Of a DNA stretch of 64,000 nt, positions 7,678 to 16,566 are shown piece after piece (position 1 is the stretch's first letter; each line of letters begins with the position of its first letter). The DNA comes from Clostridium sp. (GTDB lineage: Bacteria > Bacillota > Clostridia > Clostridiales > Caloramatoraceae): NCBI RefSeq assembly GCF_036639235.1, contig NZ_JAVWJB010000007.1, positions 9,352 to 73,351 of the forward strand, written 5' to 3'. The notes beneath the pieces are model-generated. The model saw nothing but the letters and a program-made list of their open reading frames with translations, was not told the origin of the DNA and did no database searches. Made by a program: the position numbers and the translations under genes.

Positions 7678-8665
7678 ACTTTTTTTCTATATTTATATTA
7701 AGATTAGCTAGTGGATTAGATTTAACTGCTGTACGTAATTGATCATCGTCAATATGGGTATATATTTGGGTTGTAGCAACACTTTCGTGACCAAGTATCT
7801 GTTGAAGCGCCCGTATATCAACCCCTCCATGTTTATACATAAGAGTTGCAGCAGTATGGCGAAGCTTATGTGGCGTATATTTATTTGAATCAAGTCCTGC
7901 GTACTCAGCATATTTTTTAACTAATAGTTCCACTGTTCTTTTGTTAATTCTCTTTCTTTGCTCACTTAAAAAAAGAGCATCCTCAAAGCCTGGAAGTGGC
8001 TTTAAACGTATAGATAGATATGCTGAAATCGAGTTTAGACATATAGGGGATAGGTATACTGTACGTTCCTTATTACCCTTTCCAATTACCGTAAGTATAT
8101 CACCTTTTATGCTGCTAATATTAATACCTACAAGCTCTGAAAGTCTTAAACCGCAGTTTAGAAATAGGGCTAAAATGCAAAAGTCACGTTCCTTATTTCT
8201 ACCTACAACAGTACCAAAAACAGATTCAAGTAGGTCCTTACTTTCATCTAAAGTAAGATAAATTGGATGTCTTTTCACACTTTTGGGAGACTCTAAATCC
8301 TTAGCAGGATTGTCTACTATAAGCCTTCTTTTGTTTTCTAAATAATTAAAGAACCCCCTAATAGAAGCTGTTTTTCTAGCTCTTGCAGCAGCAGAATTAT
8401 GACGGGTATTATTAACATACCCTATAAAGGAGTATATGTCTGATAATGTAATGCTTTTTATAAAGTTATCATCAACATTTTTTACACACACATTTTCAAG
8501 TGGAGTTTCTAGAGAATTTCTAAATTTATATACATACTTAATAAAAAGTCTTAAATCGGTTTTATAACCTTCAACAGTATTTGGAGACTTACCTTTAATA
8601 GTAGACAAATATCCTAAATACTCATTAAGTATATATGGAATTTCATTTGGATCATTGTTTTCCAT
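7676..8665 (-). CDS. xerC: Xer-family tyrosine recombinase
   Basis: Full catalytic set: GLRLSEL (R), GKGNKER (K), HKLRH (H-x-x-R), LGHES (H), TQIYTH (Y). Confidence 0.92.
   Translation of the reverse strand: MENNDPNEIPYILNEYLGYLSTIKGKSPNTVEGYKTDLRLFIKYVYKFRNSLETPLENVCVKNVDDNFIKSITLSDIYSFIGYVNNTRHNSAAARARKTASIRGFFNYLENKRRLIVDNPAKDLESPKSVKRHPIYLTLDESKDLLESVFGTVVGRNKERDFCILALFLNCGLRLSELVGINISSIKGDILTVIGKGNKERTVYLSPICLNSISAYLSIRLKPLPGFEDALFLSEQRKRINKRTVELLVKKYAEYAGLDSNKYTPHKLRHTAATLMYKHGGVDIRALQQILGHESVATTQIYTHIDDDQLRTAVKSNPLANLNINIEKK
8481..8499 (+). repeat. 19-bp direct repeat, copy 2 (inside xer CDS)
   Basis: Identical to 7081-7099. Confidence 0.7.
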
Positions 8666-8689
8666 GAAAATTATCCCTCCTTCATAGTA

Positions 8690-8733
8690 ATTTTACCAAA
8701 CATTTCGCTAAATATCAATTTAGCGAAATGTTT
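8690..8733 (-). promoter_or_regulatory. xer promoter overlapped by a perfect 16-bp-arm inverted repeat
   Basis: TTGATA (8713-8718)-17 bp-TAAAAT (8690-8695); aaacatttcgctaaat-atca-atttagcgaaatgttt at 8698-8733. Confidence 0.65.
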
Positions 8734-8994
8734 TATAGGCTTTTTAACGAATATATTTATGTTTTAATGTATTTGTATGTATAATAGGTAAATATAGAAT
8801 ACACCTTAAATATAAGCTTTTTACTTACATTAAGGTGTAATTACTCAATACATTATATCAACTTAAATAATATTAAGGTTTATATGTTTTTAAAGGTTAA
8901 TATTATAAGGTTAATTAAAAAATAATAACCAATGCTTCAATAGATTCTGGGAAATATTTTAGAAAATTCTGTTATGATTATTTCCCAAAATCAA

Positions 8995-9108
8995 TTACTT
9001 TTTCTTATTATTACGCACGTTGTCTTTACCTATGTTTTTAACAAGTAATAATAATCCCAAAAGAAATAATACTATAAATATTAAAAAGAAAATAAACCTT
9101 ACAATCAT
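8995..9108 (-). CDS. Small single-pass membrane protein, 37 aa (below the ORF-track cutoff)
   Basis: MIVRFIFFLIFIVLFLLGLLLLVKNIGKDNVRNNKKK*; starts 14 nt after the proC stop, preceded by aaggacgg. Confidence 0.6.
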   Translation of the reverse strand: MIVRFIFFLIFIVLFLLGLLLLVKNIGKDNVRNNKKK

Positions 9109-9122
9109 ATAAATTACCGTCC

Positions 9123-9920
9123 TTATCTTATGTTAGAAATATCAAGATTTTTCTTGTATGTATTAATAACACCTTCTATTACAGCGGATCTGAATCCTTT
9201 TTCCTCTAAGGTTCTTACCCCTTCAATAGTAGTCCCACCAGGTGAACACACCATATCCTTTAGGGTTCCTGGGTGCATAGAAGTATCTCTACAAAGCTTA
9301 CCACTACCAAGTACTGTTTGAGAAGCTATTAAATATGCTTCAGACCTAGGGATTCCTAGTAGTACAGCTGCATCTGCAAGTGATTCTATCATCATAGAAA
9401 CAAAGGCTGGGCCACTTCCTGAAATAGCGGAATAAGCATTAATAGTATCCTCTTTTTCCACTACACTACATCTACCAAAGCTATTAAGAATACTTAGGGT
9501 AAACTCCTTTTCTTCTGAGCTTATACATTCATTGAAGTAAACAGCGGTAAATCCTTCTGTACAAAGGGCTGGAGTGTTAGGCATAGTTCTAACAATTTTA
9601 CATTTACCTAGTATATTTTCTACATTTTCAACCCTATATCCTGCTGCAATTGTGATAATTACTGTGTCTGGTGTTATATAATTTTTAATCTCTTCAAGTA
9701 CTATATCGTACACATTAGGTTTAACTCCAATAATTATGTATTTACAGCTCTTTGCAACCTCTATTGCCGAGTCCTTAATTATAATATTTGTACCATTAAA
9801 TCTATCTTTTGTAGATGGATTTTTATCAAAAATATGTATAGATTCTTGGGAAATATTATTGTTTATCATACCTTGAATCATGGAAAAACCCATATTTCCC
9901 GCCCCAATAAAGCCTATCAT
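9123..9920 (-). CDS. proC: Pyrroline-5-carboxylate reductase
   Basis: IGFIGAGNMG, RTMPNTP, SGSGPAF, VCSPGGTTIEG. Confidence 0.97.
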   Translation of the reverse strand: MIGFIGAGNMGFSMIQGMINNNISQESIHIFDKNPSTKDRFNGTNIIIKDSAIEVAKSCKYIIIGVKPNVYDIVLEEIKNYITPDTVIITIAAGYRVENVENILGKCKIVRTMPNTPALCTEGFTAVYFNECISSEEKEFTLSILNSFGRCSVVEKEDTINAYSAISGSGPAFVSMMIESLADAAVLLGIPRSEAYLIASQTVLGSGKLCRDTSMHPGTLKDMVCSPGGTTIEGVRTLEEKGFRSAVIEGVINTYKKNLDISNIR

Positions 9921-10062
9921 AGTAAAACCTCCTAAAGTCTATTTATATTAATTATAGTATATTAAATGAAATTTACATAGTATTAATTGACCTTTTATAG
10001 GTATAATATACAATTAACCTTAAAAATTGGGATAATACTCCAAACATTTTTCTACTTTCATA

Positions 10063-10082
10063 TGATAATGATAATCATAAAA
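10063..10082. promoter_or_regulatory. Fur-box-like operator
   Basis: TGATAATGATAATCA: 1 mismatch to the 7-1-7 Fur repeat; 16/19 to GATAATGATAATCATTATC. Confidence 0.5.
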
Positions 10083-10206
10083 TAAGAATAATAATTTATA
10101 TATTATAGTTTAATTTTGTAGAATAATATTAAAATTATAAATATTTTGTAAAATCAAATTAATAAGTCATATTAATTTTTTCAAAAAGTGTGTGAAACAT
10201 AGAAAA

Positions 10207-10248
10207 AAGGTGTAGCAGAGAATATTATAAGATTTCCCTTCTACACCT
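10207..10248 (-). terminator. Terminator after purB
   Basis: Minus strand aggtgtag...ctacacct plus T-run. Confidence 0.6.
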
Positions 10249-10253
10249 AGTAT

Positions 10254-11681
10254 TTAAACCTCTATATTTACATTTATTTCAACATCGTTAGAATTTATAA
10301 TAGGGTTAATGCATTCTTCAATAAATCTTTCTACCTGATAAGGCGAAAGTCCTATATAACTTTCAGGCTTTAGAACTTCAAGCAACTCACTCTTAGTTAA
10401 ATTAAATTCCTTATCCATACATATCCTATCGATTAAATCATTCTCAAGACCATCAACTTTAACTACCTTAGCAGCTTCCATAGAATGGATTCTTATTTTT
10501 TCGTGAAGATACTGTCTATCACCCCCTTTTTTAACTGCATGCATTAATATGTCCTCGGTAGCCATAAAGGGAATTTCTTTCATTATATGATCTAAAATAA
10601 CTTTTTCGTAAACAACTAGTGATGAGGATACATTTATATATAGATTTAGTATTCCATCAAGTGTTAAAAAGCTTTCAGAGGTTGAAATTCTCTTGTTAGC
10701 AGAATCATCAAGAGTTCTCTCAAACCACTGGGTAGAAGCAGTTATAGCAGGATTAAGGGTATTAACTATAACAAGTCTTGAAAGTGCACCTATTCTCTCA
10801 CATCTCATTGGATTTCTCTTATATGCCATAGCAGATGATCCTATTTGATTTTTCTCAAATGGCTCTTCTACTTCCTTAAGGCTTTGAAGAAGTCTAATGT
10901 CATTGCTAAACTTATATGCACTTTGAGCAATACTACTTAATGCAGACAATACGTTGTAATCCTGTTTTCTAGGGTATGTTTGACCTGTAACTCTAAAGTA
11001 CTTATCTTTAAAGCCCATTTCTTCGCATATAATACTGTCAAGTTCCATAACCTTGTTAATATCTCCATCAAAAAGTGTAAGAAAACTTGCCTGGGTTCCT
11101 GTTGTTCCTTTTACTCCAAGCATCTTTAGATTATCTATAGTAAAGCATAAAGTTTCATAATCAATTAGAAGGTCCTGAAGCCAAAGTGTTGCCCTTTTAC
11201 CTACTGTGGTTAGCTGGGCAGCTTGAAAGTGTGTAAAGCCAAGTGTAGGCAGTGATTTATATTTAAGTGCAAAGTGGGAAAGGTTCTTCATTACTTGAAC
11301 TAGCTTGTTCTTAATGATTATTAAAGCTTCCTTCATAGCTATAACTTCTGCATTATCACCTACATAGCAGCTTGTAGCTCCAAGATGGATAATTCCTGCT
11401 GCACTAGGGCATTCAAGAGAATATGCATATACATGGGACATAACATCATGTCTTGTTTCTTTTTCTCTTTGCTTTGCAGCTTCAAAATTAATATTACTTA
11501 TATTATCTTCTAGTTCTTTAATTTGTTCTGGAGTAATATTAAGACCTAGCCTTGCTTCTGCCTTAGCAAGTGCAGTCCACAGCTTTCTCCAGTTAATAAT
11601 TTTATATTCTTCTGAAAATATGTAAGACATTTCAGGGCTTGAATACCTTGATATTAATGGGCTTTCATATCTATTGTACAT
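10254..11681 (-). CDS. purB: Adenylosuccinate lyase
   Basis: TRHDVM, IHLGATSCYV, GFTHFQAAQ, GSSAMAYKRNP fumarase-superfamily signature. Confidence 0.96.
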   Translation of the reverse strand: MYNRYESPLISRYSSPEMSYIFSEEYKIINWRKLWTALAKAEARLGLNITPEQIKELEDNISNINFEAAKQREKETRHDVMSHVYAYSLECPSAAGIIHLGATSCYVGDNAEVIAMKEALIIIKNKLVQVMKNLSHFALKYKSLPTLGFTHFQAAQLTTVGKRATLWLQDLLIDYETLCFTIDNLKMLGVKGTTGTQASFLTLFDGDINKVMELDSIICEEMGFKDKYFRVTGQTYPRKQDYNVLSALSSIAQSAYKFSNDIRLLQSLKEVEEPFEKNQIGSSAMAYKRNPMRCERIGALSRLVIVNTLNPAITASTQWFERTLDDSANKRISTSESFLTLDGILNLYINVSSSLVVYEKVILDHIMKEIPFMATEDILMHAVKKGGDRQYLHEKIRIHSMEAAKVVKVDGLENDLIDRICMDKEFNLTKSELLEVLKPESYIGLSPYQVERFIEECINPIINSNDVEINVNIEV

Positions 11682-11706
11682 AAAAATCTCCCTTCAAATA
11701 GAAATA

Positions 11707-11737
11707 AAAAAAGGCAGTGAAAGTTCACTACCTTTAG
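11707..11737 (-). terminator. Terminator after aminotransferase
   Basis: Minus strand aaaggtagtgaa-ctt-tcactgccttttttt. Confidence 0.7.
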
Positions 11738-11741
11738 TATT

Positions 11742-12926
11742 CTATTTTATAAAGTTTTCTATTCTATTAAGGCCTTCTTTTATGTTATCCATTGATGTTG
11801 CATATGAAAGTCTAATATAATCATCACTACCAAATCCAGCTCCTGGAATGGCTGCTACCTTAGCACCGTCAAGTAATGCATCACAGAAATCAACAGATGT
11901 TTTGATTTCAACGCCATTAATTACTCTTCCCTTAATTCCAGTAATATTAATCATAACGTAGAATGCACCCTTTGGCTTTCTACATGATAATCCTTCAATT
12001 GAATTAACCTTATCTACCATAAAGTCTCTTCTCTTTTCGAATTCACCCTTCATTCTATTAACTTCATCTTGGCTACCTGAAATAGCCTCAACACTAGCAT
12101 ACTGTGCAATTGAATTAGGGTTTGATGTTGCATGTGATTGGAAGTTAGACATTATCTTTGCTATGGTACTATTACAAGCAGTATAGCCAATTCTCCAACC
12201 AGTCATAGCATAGGATTTTGATACCCCATTTACAACAATAGTTCTATCCTTAATTTCATCTGATAATGATGCAATGCTTACATGTACTACATCTTCATAT
12301 ACTAGCTTTTCGTATATTTCATCTGATATTACAATTATATCATTTTCAATAGCAAGTGCAGCAATTTCTTGAAGCTCTTCAAGTGAATATACTGAACCTG
12401 TAGGGTTGTTTGGACTATTAAGTATAATAGCCTTAGTTTTAGATGTAATAGACTTCTTTAAGTCTTCTATTTTGTACTTAAATTCATTTTCTTCTGGTGT
12501 TTCAATATATACTGGTACTGCACCAACAAGCTTTACAAGCTCAGGATAGCTTACCCAGTAAGGAACAGGGATAATTACTTCATCACCTTCATTACATATT
12601 GCAAATAATGCATTATACAGTGAGTGTTTAGCTCCATTTGAAACAACTATTTCATCCTCTTTGTATGATAAGTTGTTGTCCTCTTTTAGCTTTTGGCAAA
12701 TTGCTGCTTTAAGCTCCCCTATACCTGATGCAGGTGTATATCTTGTTAATCCTGAATCAAGTGCCTTTTGAGCCGCATCTATTATATTAGGTGGTGTATT
12801 AAAGTCAGGTTCCCCCGCACCAAAACTTACAATATCAACACCTTCAGATTTTAACTTCTTAGCCTTTGCTGTTATTGCTAGAGTTACAGATGCAGATATA
12901 TCTTTTGCTCTTCTTGATAGTTCCAT
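11742..12926 (-). CDS. aspB: Class I PLP aminotransferase (aspartate aminotransferase-like)
   Basis: GAGEPDFNTP, NSPNNPTG, SDEIYE, SKSYAMTGWRIG. Confidence 0.88.
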   Translation of the reverse strand: MELSRRAKDISASVTLAITAKAKKLKSEGVDIVSFGAGEPDFNTPPNIIDAAQKALDSGLTRYTPASGIGELKAAICQKLKEDNNLSYKEDEIVVSNGAKHSLYNALFAICNEGDEVIIPVPYWVSYPELVKLVGAVPVYIETPEENEFKYKIEDLKKSITSKTKAIILNSPNNPTGSVYSLEELQEIAALAIENDIIVISDEIYEKLVYEDVVHVSIASLSDEIKDRTIVVNGVSKSYAMTGWRIGYTACNSTIAKIMSNFQSHATSNPNSIAQYASVEAISGSQDEVNRMKGEFEKRRDFMVDKVNSIEGLSCRKPKGAFYVMINITGIKGRVINGVEIKTSVDFCDALLDGAKVAAIPGAGFGSDDYIRLSYATSMDNIKEGLNRIENFIK

Positions 12927-12949
12927 AATAAAGCCAAACCTCCATAAAA

Positions 12950-13318
12950 TTATTTATATATTATATTTAATGTGTTCTGTATTATTGTAAGAGACTCTTC
13001 AAGCTGTGGCTTATATATTAACTTAAGCTTTTCGTAATGCTTTTGTCCATTTTCTGTAATCTTATAAAGCCTCTTAGTCTTCTTATCTGGTTCTAGCCAC
13101 CAACCCTCTATTAAAATATCTTCTTCCATATTTCTAAGAAGGGGGTACATCATACCAGGACTCGGTTTCCATTGATAGTTCAAACTTTCTTCTATATTAT
13201 CTATAAGTTCATTACCGTAGCATGATTTTTTAGATAAAAAGTGCAATGTAAAAAGCTTAACTAAGGTTGTTGTATTAACCTTATTAGGAAGAGGCCTATT
13301 TCTATCTCTACCTGTCAT
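12950..13318 (-). CDS. PadR-family transcriptional regulator
   Basis: YGNEL, PSPGMMYPLL, RLYKITENG winged-helix pattern. Confidence 0.85.
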   Translation of the reverse strand: MTGRDRNRPLPNKVNTTTLVKLFTLHFLSKKSCYGNELIDNIEESLNYQWKPSPGMMYPLLRNMEEDILIEGWWLEPDKKTKRLYKITENGQKHYEKLKLIYKPQLEESLTIIQNTLNIIYK

Positions 13319-13320
13319 AA

Positions 13321-14160
13321 TTATCTCCTTAAATTAAGTTTTTTAAAGTCTACTAAGGAAATTCCTTTAGTACCTATAATAAACTGTCCCTTATCGTCTG
13401 TTGATTCGTGACAGTCACTTCCACCTGTTACTACTAAATTATTCTTAATTGCTATGTTAAGTAGTATGCCCTCTTGAACTTTACTGTGAAGAGTATGATA
13501 AACCTCGATGCCTTCAATTCCCCATGAAATCATATCTTTGATCATTGTAGTAACTGATTCATTAGATAATCCTGTTTTACATACATAAGGGTGTGCAAGT
13601 ATTGGAATTCCACCTGATTTTTTAATAAGCTCAATACCATCCTTTGGATGAAGTTTGAATCTATCAATACAAGCTGGTTTACCATTACCAAGTAACTTTT
13701 CAAATACAGCATATGTATCTTTAAAGTAACCCTTTTTAACTAAACATCTTGCAATATGTGGTCTTCCAAATGAAGCATTTTCTTTAACCTCTTCCATAAC
13801 ATCTTCAATAGATATATTATAGTTCATTTCATTAAGGCGGTGAACCATTTTCTCTCCTCTGGTTAGACGAAATAGCTTAATTTCATCTAATGTTTTGTTA
13901 AGTTCTATATTATCATAGTCTAGAAAATACCCTAAAATATGAATCTCGGCTTTATTATAAATAGTACTTAACTCAATTCCTGGAATAATATTCAGTTCAT
14001 TTTCCTTTGAGAAAGCAGGATCTTTAAAAGCTGCAACTGTGTCATGATCAGTTATTGCAATTCCTGTAAGATTATTAAGTTTTGCTATATTAATTATTTC
14101 ACCAACACTTAAAACACCGTCTGAATAAGTAGAGTGAATGTGTAAATCATAATTTGGCAT
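13321..14160 (-). CDS. PHP-domain phosphoesterase (YciV/TrpH-like)
   Basis: DLHIHSTYSDG, AITDHD, GIELS, HILGY, GRPH, LAHP, GGSDCH. Confidence 0.92.
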   Translation of the reverse strand: MPNYDLHIHSTYSDGVLSVGEIINIAKLNNLTGIAITDHDTVAAFKDPAFSKENELNIIPGIELSTIYNKAEIHILGYFLDYDNIELNKTLDEIKLFRLTRGEKMVHRLNEMNYNISIEDVMEEVKENASFGRPHIARCLVKKGYFKDTYAVFEKLLGNGKPACIDRFKLHPKDGIELIKKSGGIPILAHPYVCKTGLSNESVTTMIKDMISWGIEGIEVYHTLHSKVQEGILLNIAIKNNLVVTGGSDCHESTDDKGQFIIGTKGISLVDFKKLNLRR

Positions 14161-14290
14161 ATTATCACCCTCTTTATATATTTAAAACACATAGTATAAT
14201 CATATACTAATTTTAAGTGCTAACATTCCCACTATATTCTATTTTCATCCATGAATCCTAGTATGTCAATATGAACTTTTATTTTTTATT

Positions 14291-14320
14291 AAAAAAGAGA
14301 AGGATAAACCTTCTCTTTTT
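14291..14320 (-). terminator. Terminator after spoVS
   Basis: aaaaagagaagg / ccttctcttttt perfect stem. Confidence 0.8.
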
Positions 14321-14324
14321 AAAA

Positions 14325-14585
14325 CTATCTCTCTGCAACAATAAACTTGATACCAGTTTTTTGTTCATTATCAATTATTATTTCAGTAAATGCAGGAATA
14401 CATACTAAGTTACTTCCCGTAGGTGCTAAAAACCCCCTAGCAATTGCAATAGCCTTAACTGCTTGATTAATAGCAGCAGCTCCTATTGCCTGTACTTCAG
14501 CGCTGCCTTGTTCACGTATTGAGGCTGCTAATGCTCCTGCGACTGAGTTTGGATTTGACTTTGATGATACCTTTAAAATTTCCAT
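14325..14585 (-). CDS. spoVS: Stage V sporulation protein S
   Basis: MEILKVSSKSNPNSVAGALA, QAIGAAAINQAVKAIAIARGF; 86 aa. Confidence 0.97.
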   Translation of the reverse strand: MEILKVSSKSNPNSVAGALAASIREQGSAEVQAIGAAAINQAVKAIAIARGFLAPTGSNLVCIPAFTEIIIDNEQKTGIKFIVAER

Positions 14586-14628
14586 GTATATTACCTCCTA
14601 GTTTATAAAAATACTGCCACCTAGAAGA

Positions 14629-14656
14629 TATTCGACATAATATAACTTTTTCCTTC
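14629..14656 (-). promoter_or_regulatory. SigH promoter of spoVS
   Basis: Minus strand AGGAAAA-11 nt-GTCGAAT; spoVS is SigH-dependent in B. subtilis. Confidence 0.75.
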
Positions 14657-14682
14657 TTTTTATTATAAAAAATGGCAAATAT

Positions 14683-14706
14683 AAAAACGGGACATAAGTC
14701 CCGTTT
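14683..14706 (-). terminator. Terminator after rny
   Basis: aaacgggac / gtcccgttt stem; T-run on minus strand. Confidence 0.75.
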
Positions 14707-14711
14707 GTTAT

Positions 14712-16253
14712 CTATTTTGCGTATTCAATTGCCCTAACTTCTCTAATTAGGTTAACCTTGATTTGTCCTGGATATTCAAGTTCACTTTCGATTCTCTTTA
14801 CAATATCTCTTGCCATTTGCATAGTTTCAAGATCAGTTATCTGTTCTGGCTTAACCATTATTCTAACTTCACGTCCTGCTTGTATAGCATAAGACTTTTC
14901 AACACCGTCAAATGAATCGGCAATTTCTTCAAGCTTTTGTAATCTCTTTATATATGCTTCAAGAGTTTCTCTTCTCGCACCAGGTCTAGCTGCGGAAATA
15001 GCGTCAGCTGCTTGAACTAGAACAGCTTCGATTGTTTGAGGTTCAACATCAGCATGATGTGCAGCAATTGCATGAACTATTGTAGATGACTCACCAAACT
15101 TCTTAGCAAGATCACTTCCAATAAGTGCGTGTGGTCCTTCCACCTCATGATCAACAGCTTTACCAATATCATGTAATAATCCAGCTCTTTTAGCTAGAGT
15201 AACGTCAGCTCCAATTTCAGCTGCCATAAGACCTGCTAAATTAGATACTTCGATTGAGTGCTTAAGAACATTTTGTCCGTAACTTGTTCTATACTTAAGT
15301 CTTCCAAGTAGTCTTATAAGTTCTGAATGAAGTCCGTGAACACCAGTTTCAAAGGTTGCTTGTTCACCTTGTTCTCTGATTTCGTTTTCTACTTCTTTTC
15401 TTGCCTTTTCAACCATTTCTTCAATTCTAGCAGGATGTATTCTTCCATCAGTGATAAGCTTTTCTAGAGCAATTCTAGCCACTTCTCTTCTAATAGGATC
15501 GAATCCTGATAGAATTACTGCTTCAGGAGTATCATCTATAATAAGATCTATTCCTGTTAAAGTCTCAAGTGTACGAATATTTCTTCCTTCACGACCAATG
15601 ATTCTTCCCTTCATCTCGTCGTTTGGAAGTGCTACTACAGATACTGTAGTTTCAGCTACGTGATCAGCAGCACATCTTTGAATAGCACAAGTAATAACTT
15701 CACGTGCCTTCTTATCTGCTTCCTCACGGGCCTTTGATTCAATATCTTTAATCATAATAGCTACTTCGTGTCTTACTTCTTTCTCAACGTTACTTAAAAG
15801 TATTTGTTTTGCCTCATCAACAGTTAATCCAGCAAGTTTCTCTAGTTCTTCTACTTGCTTTTTGTATACACCATTAACTTCTTCTTGAAGCTTCTGTACA
15901 TCTAACTGTTTCTTTGATAAATTTTCTTCTCTTTGTTCTAGTGATTCAACTTTCTTATCAAGAGTTTCCTCACGTTGAATTAATCTTCGTTCCATTCTTT
16001 GAAGTTCGTTTCTTCTTTCACGAACTTCTTTTTCGTATTCGACTCTAAGTTTATGAACTTCTTCCTTGGCTTCAATTATAGCTTCCTTCTTTTTAGAATC
16101 AGCTTCTTTCTCAGCATCAGTAACCATTCTCTTTGCAGTTGCTTCTGCATTGTTAAGCTTACCTTCAGCGATATTCTTTCTGATTATGTATCCAATAATA
16201 AGGCCTATAATAACTCCACCAGATATCATTAACCAAGTTGCTGCATTAGGAAT
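14712..16253 (-). CDS. rny: Ribonuclease Y
   Basis: N-terminal TM helix, coiled coil, KH ([12 protein letters not shown]), HD (LLHDIGK). Start placed at ATT 16253, 6 nt after SD GGGAGGTG; track start at 16325 has no SD. Confidence 0.95.
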   Translation of the reverse strand: MPNAATWLMISGGVIIGLIIGYIIRKNIAEGKLNNAEATAKRMVTDAEKEADSKKKEAIIEAKEEVHKLRVEYEKEVRERRNELQRMERRLIQREETLDKKVESLEQREENLSKKQLDVQKLQEEVNGVYKKQVEELEKLAGLTVDEAKQILLSNVEKEVRHEVAIMIKDIESKAREEADKKAREVITCAIQRCAADHVAETTVSVVALPNDEMKGRIIGREGRNIRTLETLTGIDLIIDDTPEAVILSGFDPIRREVARIALEKLITDGRIHPARIEEMVEKARKEVENEIREQGEQATFETGVHGLHSELIRLLGRLKYRTSYGQNVLKHSIEVSNLAGLMAAEIGADVTLAKRAGLLHDIGKAVDHEVEGPHALIGSDLAKKFGESSTIVHAIAAHHADVEPQTIEAVLVQAADAISAARPGARRETLEAYIKRLQKLEEIADSFDGVEKSYAIQAGREVRIMVKPEQITDLETMQMARDIVKRIESELEYPGQIKVNLIREVRAIEYAK

Positions 16254-16367
16254 AAAAAACACCTCCCTTAATTGAGCAGAAAATACCTGGGCTCTAGAAA
16301 CTCGTCTCTTATTCTTTAGAAGCATAAAATAATGAATTTAATCATAATTAAACCATTATTTGTATTT

Positions 16368-16396
16368 ATTTTATTATAGTTTTAATCTTATGTCAA
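16368..16396 (-). promoter_or_regulatory. SigA promoter of rny
   Basis: TTGACA-17 bp-TAAAAT. Confidence 0.65.
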
Positions 16397-16566
16397 GTTT
16401 ACAAATATTCTATTAACTAATTCAAAATCTTTAAAAGCCTAGATATATCAATTGATTTAAAATTTGTAAGAATTTTCTTTTTATTGTTATTTTCTATTTT
16501 AAAATAAAGAATATGTATGTAGTTAATAGTGAAACTTTATTCAGTATTAAACTAATTTTTACATTT

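Noticed and set aside
8955-8969. CodY-box-like atattttagaaaatt
   Set aside because: Three mismatches to AATTTTCWGAAAATT in very AT-rich DNA
185-10246. Shared 11-mer cccttctacac/gtgtagaaggg in the hfq and purB terminators
   Set aside because: Short match within ordinary terminator stems; no larger repeat unit
14215-14245. Half CIRCE element (TTAGCACT on minus strand)
   Set aside because: Second half-site absent and no chaperone gene downstream
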